In this document: in pieces, positions 56,196 to 64,000 of the stretch | How the letters are laid out: each line of letters begins with the position of its first letter | Position numbering within the stretch: position 1 is the first letter of the stretch | Assembly: GCF_009914755.1 (NCBI RefSeq) | Contig: NC_060940.1 | DNA: 64,000 nt | Reading direction: 5' to 3' (one strand) | Origin: the human T2T-CHM13v2.0 reference genome, Homo sapiens | Translations under genes and position numbers: made by a program | The notes under the pieces: model-generated | The model's input: the letters and a program-made list of their open reading frames with translations, nothing else | Told to the model about the DNA's origin: nothing | The model's database searches: none

Positions 56196-57988
56196 CAACT
56201 CACCCCGAGGTGCCTCTTTACATAATACTACATTATACGTAGGTGATTTGTTTTTATGATAATGGGGTAGGTAAAGATATTTTGGAACCCAACCCAAAAT
56301 ACTGCAATGCCTAAACCTACCACGACTTTTTTTCTGTGTCCAGTGTTTTGTTATATAATGTAATTTTTCTGATAGTTACTTTTTAAATACATGAAAAGAG
56401 AAAAATAACATGTTAAATCATGTTAGAAAATACGAATGTAGTACTATATCTTAGATAATGTGCTAACACTTTATATACTTTATGTGTTCAGTCAAAGGAT
56501 ACTACTAATAATATGGTTTTAGTCATTTAATTATCATTACTAAGCACCTTCAAAGTTCTAGACATTATATTGGATATTAAGAATATAAAGATAAGTAAAG
56601 CACAAACCCTCAAGAAAATTAAAGTACAGTGAAGACAGGATACATTCTCTATGCATATCACTTATATAAGTTGTCAAAGTGATTTTTTTGAATTACACCT
56701 GGAACCATAACAGCCAAATTTTATAGTGGAGGACCCTGGAATCAAGAGGAGAAATACCAATAGAAGCGAAACAGAGATTTAATGTTCTTCCTGTTCCCTG
56801 CTGAGACTTACGGTGGCCTACATAACAGTGTTGACTCTGTCCAACATCTAAAGAAATCCCTTGATGAAGGAGCTGCCAGCCTTCAGAGGAGCCTGATAAA
56901 TATTCTTTTCTTTCTGAAGACTTGCAGTTGATTTTCACTCTAGCGTTCTAAGAAATTCTATAGACTTTTTGCAGTTTAGCATCCAATATATATGTGTCAC
57001 CATTTAATATAAGCAAGAATACACTTGAAGATATACTTTTTCAATCTACATGTTTTCTTGAAAAGAATACTTAAGTGTATCAAAGTTCTTTTCCATTTTT
57101 TTGTTATTATTTTGGTTTGCAGAAAAAATGAGAAAAAAATGATGCGAAAGCCACAGAACTCAAAGTAAGAGATTTTCATGTTCATCCACTTAAGTTTGGG
57201 ACTATAAACCACAATAATTCTAAATTCCAAAAAAGTTTTGTGCTCAACACAGTGTCTAGAAAATTCAAGACTTAAAAATTTCCTAATTTCAATTAAATAA
57301 ATGCATTAAATAATACCCCTTTACTGAGCATAAAATAGTTATGTAAATTTACCAGTAAAAATGTTAAATAAGGTACTTATTCTACTAATCTTATAAAGAT
57401 GCTTGAAATTAAAAGTAACTTTTATTTCTTGGCCTCTCATTGAAGGTCTATCCATTAAACATTTATTAGCTATGTCAGATATTGCATAGGGGCCACATTG
57501 AAGCTATGAAGGACACGTATTTTTTCAACCCAGATTTCCAGAACTGTTTTATTGACTTTTGCATTTAAGCTCCAGCCTCAAAATTTTCTGAAGGACAGAG
57601 GCATAATGTGTTATCTATTGCCTGGGAATAATGAAAAATGAAATGTATAATAGGAATATATACTTTACACTTAACATATGGAATGACAAAGTATCCATCT
57701 CAAGTATGACTAAATATTAATAAATCGCAATCTGAATAGAAAACCAAAGAAGCAAACAATTCTATTATGCAAATAGCAGTAATTTATTGTGCAGTTAGAA
57801 AATAACAATCTCTAAAAATAAATGTTTGTAACAAACTATCTCATGCATATAAGTAGATCAACAATTTATTCCATATTCCTGTGAAGCTTGCCAACAGATC
57901 TAAGACACAGTTAAGAAGTTAAGATGTTTAAAGCCTTTCTTTATCTGTTTTATATTGTTTCCTCTAAGGTCATATTATTATTGAAATA

Positions 57989-58033
57989 GTGTGCGTGTGT
58001 GTGTGTGTATGTGTGTGTCTGTGTGTGTGTGTG
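57989..58033. repeat. (TG)n imperfect microsatellite
   Basis: Seen directly. Confidence 0.93.
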
Positions 58034-58211
58034 GGTATGAGATTCCTGTAATATACATTTTTCTCATTCAAAAGCCTGATTCTGAAAACTGAATTTCCCA
58101 AAACATTCTGATAGGGAAACAAATCAGTTTCCTAGAGTTAAATGGAACAGTAGAATCATGTATTTCAGATTCAGAATTTTCTTCCACAGTGAGATTAATT
58201 TTCCAGCCTCT

Positions 58212-58480
58212 CTCACTCATTCATTGCATATTTATTGGGCATTTTTTATTTGCCAGTGCTTACACTGGGCAACATAAATATAATATTGAGTGAAAACAGA
58301 TATGATCTCATGAAGGTACAGTCTGGTGGAGAAATACTTTACTGGAATTATTATATATGTAGAATTTAATTATCAATTGTGGCAAGGGCTTTGAGAGAGG
58401 GGAATATGATAGGTGGTATTGCCTTAATTAGGAAAGTAATAGCTTATGTGAGGAAGGGATGATTTGAGTCTGAGAAGATC
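58212..58480 (-). mobile_element. L2 3' end
   Basis: TCATTCATTGCATATTTATTGGGCA..TGCCAG..CTCATGAAGGTACAGTCTGGTGG. Confidence 0.6.
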
Positions 58481-60454
58481 CAATAGACAGTATTGCACTG
58501 TCCCCCCACCCCCACCTCCATCTCAAATGAATAAAATGAAGATTTTCAAGAAGAGTTGCATAAGTGTCTATCTGAAAGAGGGTCTGGGTTTATGAATTAA
58601 CTGTGATAATGGCATTCTGTGAACAAGATGTAAGTGACCACTTCTATGCCCCAAAATCTTGTAACACAATACCTGAAAAGAATATTAAGGGCTGACTTGA
58701 AAACACTTTTGAGAGGATAAGATGGAAGCTAAATAATTATTCTCAGCCTTCACTGCAGATAAAATAAAAGAAAATTAGTCAAAATTACATCATTTTTATT
58801 TAAGGAATATAGCACCATGCATTAACAAGGCATATATATGCAATGCCTAGAAGTCATTCAGAATATATGTCGAGAATAAAAAGAATTTTATCTCCCCAGA
58901 ACTATTCTTAACTTTCCTTCTGCTTCCATTTTTCTTTAATGGCCCAAGAGCCTCAGGATCACTGGAGCTCAAAAACAGACTCACCGTCTATAACATTACT
59001 ATGTTTAATCAGTAGCCAAGTCCTACCTATTCTACCTTAATGATATCATTCTTATTCCACCATCACTGCTGTAATTCGGGCCTGCAATACATTTCAGCTG
59101 TGGTATTCTAATAGACTCGTCAGTGGTCACTGTAGCTCAGACTGTCATTCTCGTCATTCATTTTGCACATTGGAACTAGTGTACTCTCCTTAAAATACAT
59201 CTCTAGTCACAAGACATCCTTTCACAGACTTCACTTAATAAGCAATAGGGAATTGTTGAAAGTTTTAAAACCCATTAGCCTATAATTCATGCTTATTCTC
59301 AAGAACTATTTACAACTTATATTGTTTTATCTCAATAAAAACATATCCCCATAATACATTTACTGAACAGATATTTATTGGGCATCTACTGTATGCTAGA
59401 AATTAGAGATACAAAAATAGAAAAAAAAAGTTCTCTTTCTATAGCTTGCAAATTAGCAACCTATACATTTGAATACAAACATTTTCATAGCAAATACAGC
59501 TATAAAAAGCTAAATGTCATGGAGTTGTAGAAAAAAGTTATTCTGGTCTAATTCATTCTGTGATGTTTCTTCTTTTGAGTTTTCTGTTATGAGTGTGTCA
59601 GAAACTGCCTAATTTCTTTAAAGTGTGTTTAGATATGAGAGTAATGACTCCATTATGTTAGGATTGTAATTACTTCTCTGTTGTCTCTGGCTTTGCATGT
59701 GATTTAATTATGTTACTGACAAATTGCTGTATCATGGTTATTCTCAAAACAACGGTATATTCCACTGATGCTTCCTTTTGAGGACCACAGGTATTTTTAG
59801 GTGCTATTGTTTATTACAAATTTATATTTAGCCCATTTTATAGATATATGTACCCACATTTTGCAAATGAAGAGGTGACATTTGTTCCTTCTCTGGCTTT
59901 TCATTTAGTTTGAGATAATATATATTTAATTTGCTCTTATAACTAATAAACTGATATTTATTATCTTATAATAACTAATAAGGTTATACTTATAACTAAT
60001 ATATTATAAGTAATAAACTTAGTTGCAAATTTTAATTGATAAATTAAATTGAGTAAAGATATTCAATTTATAGCTAGCAGATTTAGCTTACTTGTCTGTT
60101 CACTAGTAATCAGGTATAAATATAAATACATGCACACACACACATATATACTTATAAACAGACAATAGTTTGTATGGATGCTTGAATTAAAAGTTATTGA
60201 TTTTGATCTTTCTCTAGTGTGACTTTCAAAATAGGCCTATGAAATGAATGATTTGTCCAACTTCCTATAGAGGTTAAAATTCAAATGAAAATCCACAGCT
60301 TTCAAGACTTTCTATGTCCTTGGGAAGGATCTCAAATTAAAGGAATGGCATGATCTCTTCCCCTGCTCCACTTCTAACCCCTGGAAATGAACATTTTTTA
60401 AAGAGCTCATTCTGCTAAACCATAAGTTTTGTGACAATATGATTTAATTCGAAT

Positions 60455-60975
<521 letters not shown>

Positions 60976-61221
60976 TTTATTTCTGTCTCCCTATCTGGTA
61001 TGTTTCTGTAAACAAGACATCATTTTGAAAATACTCAGTCATCTAACATTTTGTATAAATAAAATATTTTCTTATTACCCCCAGCCTCTGACAGTTTTAA
61101 ATTCAAACTGAGATACAGAAATCAAAATGCTCAAGGGCAAAGGACAAGGTTAAATCTGTGAAGCATAAGAATAGAATAAAAGTCTTAACCCTCATCCCCG
61201 ATCCTTATTCCTCAGAGGCTG

Positions 61222-61951
61222 TGAAACCACCTTTGCAAAAATTATAACAGTGAGAAAATTATGGCAGTGAAAGAGATCTGACCTAACCAACTCCATCTTG
61301 CCTTTAACCTCCAAACTGCCTTTAGCCATTCCTGGGTGGAAGACCACTTTGAGAGAAACTTATTTTATAGTTTAAATGATAATGGCCCTTCCCAAAACTA
61401 AACCACCTTTATAAAACTAGTAAAAGACCACAAGATTAGGATTATTAGAGGGGCCTGAATTCTGCTAAAGTTTAGATGTAATTAAAGAATTGCCAGCCAT
61501 TGTTCTAGAGGTCACAAAATTTGTAACTTTTCCAATTGCTCCTATAAATAACATCACTGTTGCAGAACCTAAGATTGGCCTTTTGAGATGTCTTTTCAGA
61601 CTTTTGCATTTCTGATGACTGGGTGACTCCAGTTCCATGACTCATGACTCATGACTCAGTGATCCTGTGGTCCCAACTCAGAAGCAGATTCAGCAAATAA
61701 GGACTATTTTCCATGTACCTATGCCACACCAACCAATCAGTATTCCCCACTCCCTAGCCCCTGCCCACCAAACTGTCTTTAAAAAAACCCTAGCTCTGAA
61801 TTTTGGGGGAGACTAATTTGAGTAATAAAACTCCACTGTCCTGTTTAGCCAGCTCTATGCGTATTAAACTCCTTCACTGTTGCAATTCATCTGTCTTGAT
61901 AAATCAGCTCTACCTGGGCAGTGAGCAAGATGGACCCTTTGGGCAGTTACA
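61222..61951 (+). mobile_element. LTR8-family solo LTR (ERV1)
   Basis: TGAAACCACCTTTGCAAAAATTATAACAGTGAG..GGGCAGTTACA; flanks GCTG/GGTG. Confidence 0.88.
61638..61658. promoter_or_regulatory. Three tandem AP-1 (TGACTCA) sites within LTR8
   Basis: TGACTCATGACTCATGACTCA seen directly; function not shown. Confidence 0.6.
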
Positions 61952-62484
61952 GGTGTATCAACTGTTCAGATAGTCATGTTGACTTCTTTGGCTACTGATA
62001 AGCCATCAGGGTCTCCATAACAGAACTGCTCAAGTGAGGCAAACTGGCCTGTGATACTAATCTAGGTTTCAAAAGTACCTAAGAAATTCCTTTAAAGCAG
62101 GTCATGTGCTAGAAGAATCTAGTACAGATTTAACAAAGCAAGAAAACTAGGCCATAGCTCATTTAAGTCTGTAATTGCTTTGAGGTTCAACAGGAGACTG
62201 CGATCATAATCATAAAATATATTTTGCTTTGCTTTCTTTCTAAACTATTTATTCTCTTGATCTCTCTTTTCCTTCCACTTTTCTGTTAGATTCCAAGGAC
62301 AGAAATATTAATAACTCTGGCGAGGTTAAATTATAATACATTTCTTTCTCTTATTTGTTATAGTTCAATATTGTCAGATATTTTTATTTGTTTTTCATGC
62401 ATTTATTTATCTTTAAATGACAATTGATTTGAATTACAGGGAGATGTTATTGGCGAATAATCATCTAATTGAGGATTAAGAGAC

Positions 62485-63274
62485 TGAGATGGAATTGTTC
62501 CCTTGACTCCCAGGCAGGAACTGGAGTGGCTTGTTTTACTCAGCCCACCACTGGCCACTCCTTGTAAGAGGAGGCGTGAGAGTGGGCGAGTGTGGGAACC
62601 TGAGCTAATGAATGCTGGGACTGACCAGTCACTCCTCTCTGGCAGGAGCAGGCTCTGTGCGGCCCCAGAGCAGCATCCAAGTGTGTTACAACCAATGCTC
62701 TTTCAGCTCTGTTGTCTGGGGACATCCAAGTGCCCAGCAGCTAAGTGGAGGGTCAAGGTGGCCGCCTTTGTCCTCTAGAAAGGTTCCTTGTCCAGCGTCC
62801 AGGAAGTATCCTTGTCCAGCGTCCAGGAAGAATCAGGTCACAAGAACTATTTGAAAGGTGATGAATGCAGAAGATTGTATTGAGTGGTGGGTGGCTCACA
62901 GTGGAAAGGGAGGCTGGAAAGGGGATGGGAAGGTGATCTTTCCTCGAAGCCCAGCCACCTCTGGCTGGGCCTCTTGCCAAAGCCGCACCATCTGAAGTTA
63001 GCAGCTTCTATCCATAGTCTCTGATGCTCAGTTGCTTCTCTGCTTTCTGCTCAGTCACTTGCTTGTATCCTCAACACTCAGCCGCTTGTATCCTTGACGC
63101 TCAGCAGCTTGTGCTGCTCTGCCAGCTAAAGTCTTTTATGAGCACAGGATAGGGATGGGGCAGGCCAAAAAAAGCAACATTTGGATGGAAAAATGGGGCC
63201 AGCTGTTTTCACTTAGGGCTGCAGTTCTAGGCTTAAAGGTGGGGTTTAGCAAGAAGCCCAGCCCTTCTGTATTA
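62485..63274 (-). mobile_element. ERV1 solo LTR, LTR27/LTR1-group-like
   Basis: Minus strand starts TAATACAGAAGGGCTGGGCT..AAACCCCACC..CCCTAAGTGAAAACAGCTG; internal 22-bp duplication at 62785-62830. Confidence 0.7.
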
Positions 63275-63278
63275 ATAT

Positions 63279-63874
63279 TGTGGGGGCTATAGGCTCTTGG
63301 CCCCCTAAAGATTGGCTTAAAAAAATCACTGATGTGAACCAGGTTAATTAATAGGAGAAAAGGCATACAAATTTATTTAATGTGCATATATAGGAGCCTT
63401 CAGAATGAAGACCCAACTTCCCAATGAATTATAGAAACTTATCTTGAGGTTATAGAAGGAATGGGGAATTGATCCTGGTAAAACAGATTATGGGAGGGGA
63501 GAGAAGAGGAATTCTACTGAAAGGCAATATATGATTGCTGGGGAAAGTGGTTAAATTTAGGAACAGAGATTAACATGTAAATAGATTTCTTTGGAATTCA
63601 AATGATCCATAGAGACAGTCATTATCCTCATAAAAAGGATCTGCTCAGGTGTGGTCGCATAGAGGCCTTATTTTCTGCAATAAAATAACAAGATAACAGA
63701 GAGAGGAAGAAAAACAATTGCTCTTCTTGATGGATCTGGATTTTAGGTAGATAAAGGAACTTTATTTTCTTTGGGAGAGATAGTATGTGAGGAAGGTCAG
63801 AGATACCTTGATGTTTCTTCAGTTTAGCATGTCACAATGTCATATTTTGGGGTCTTGGTTTCTGAGTCCCAACA
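63279..63874 (-). mobile_element. MER39-like ERV1 solo LTR
   Basis: Minus strand starts TGTTGGGACTCAGAAACCAAGACCCCAAAATATGAC..GACATGCTAAACTGAAGAA; ends CCCCACA. Confidence 0.75.
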
Positions 63875-64000
63875 CCGAGGAGATAAAGGAAACGGTTTGT
63901 GCGTGTGTGAAAACAAGAAGTTGAGTGGGGAGGCTGGAATAACACATTTAAAAGAAGCAATGGGATTTGATTTGTTCCTGCCTTACAAACAACAGGATTC

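Noticed and set aside
62785-62830. 22-bp direct repeat as a functional array
   Set aside because: A single local duplication inside an LTR, with only two units.

Overview
This is human non-coding genomic DNA (an AluYb8-type element, a human-specific lineage, lies at 42811-43126). It is AT-rich, has no CpG island and is dominated by transposable elements. I can support no protein-coding gene, RNA gene, CRISPR array or prokaryote-type system: the supplied ORFs are short chance ORFs or translations of Alu, L1 or LTR sequence. The window holds 13 Alus, two L1PA-type 3' ends, older L1M/L2/MIR fossils, about 13 solo LTRs, several DNA-transposon fossils and microsatellites. The strongest unexplained structure is an L1-mediated 3' transduction at 40331-41743: a 5'-truncated L1PA plus about 785 bp of foreign unique sequence, with two poly(A) tracts inside one target-site duplication (TSD); the carried sequence contains an exon-like cassette. 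Other notable items are a 107-bp templated local copy of an LTR segment, an AT-rich hairpin, several template-switch micro-rearrangements, a triple AP-1 array in an LTR8 and a candidate RFX/PBX-HOX enhancer. Repeat subfamily names come from recalled consensus sequences and need confirmation with RepeatMasker/Dfam. I could not identify the chromosomal locus.
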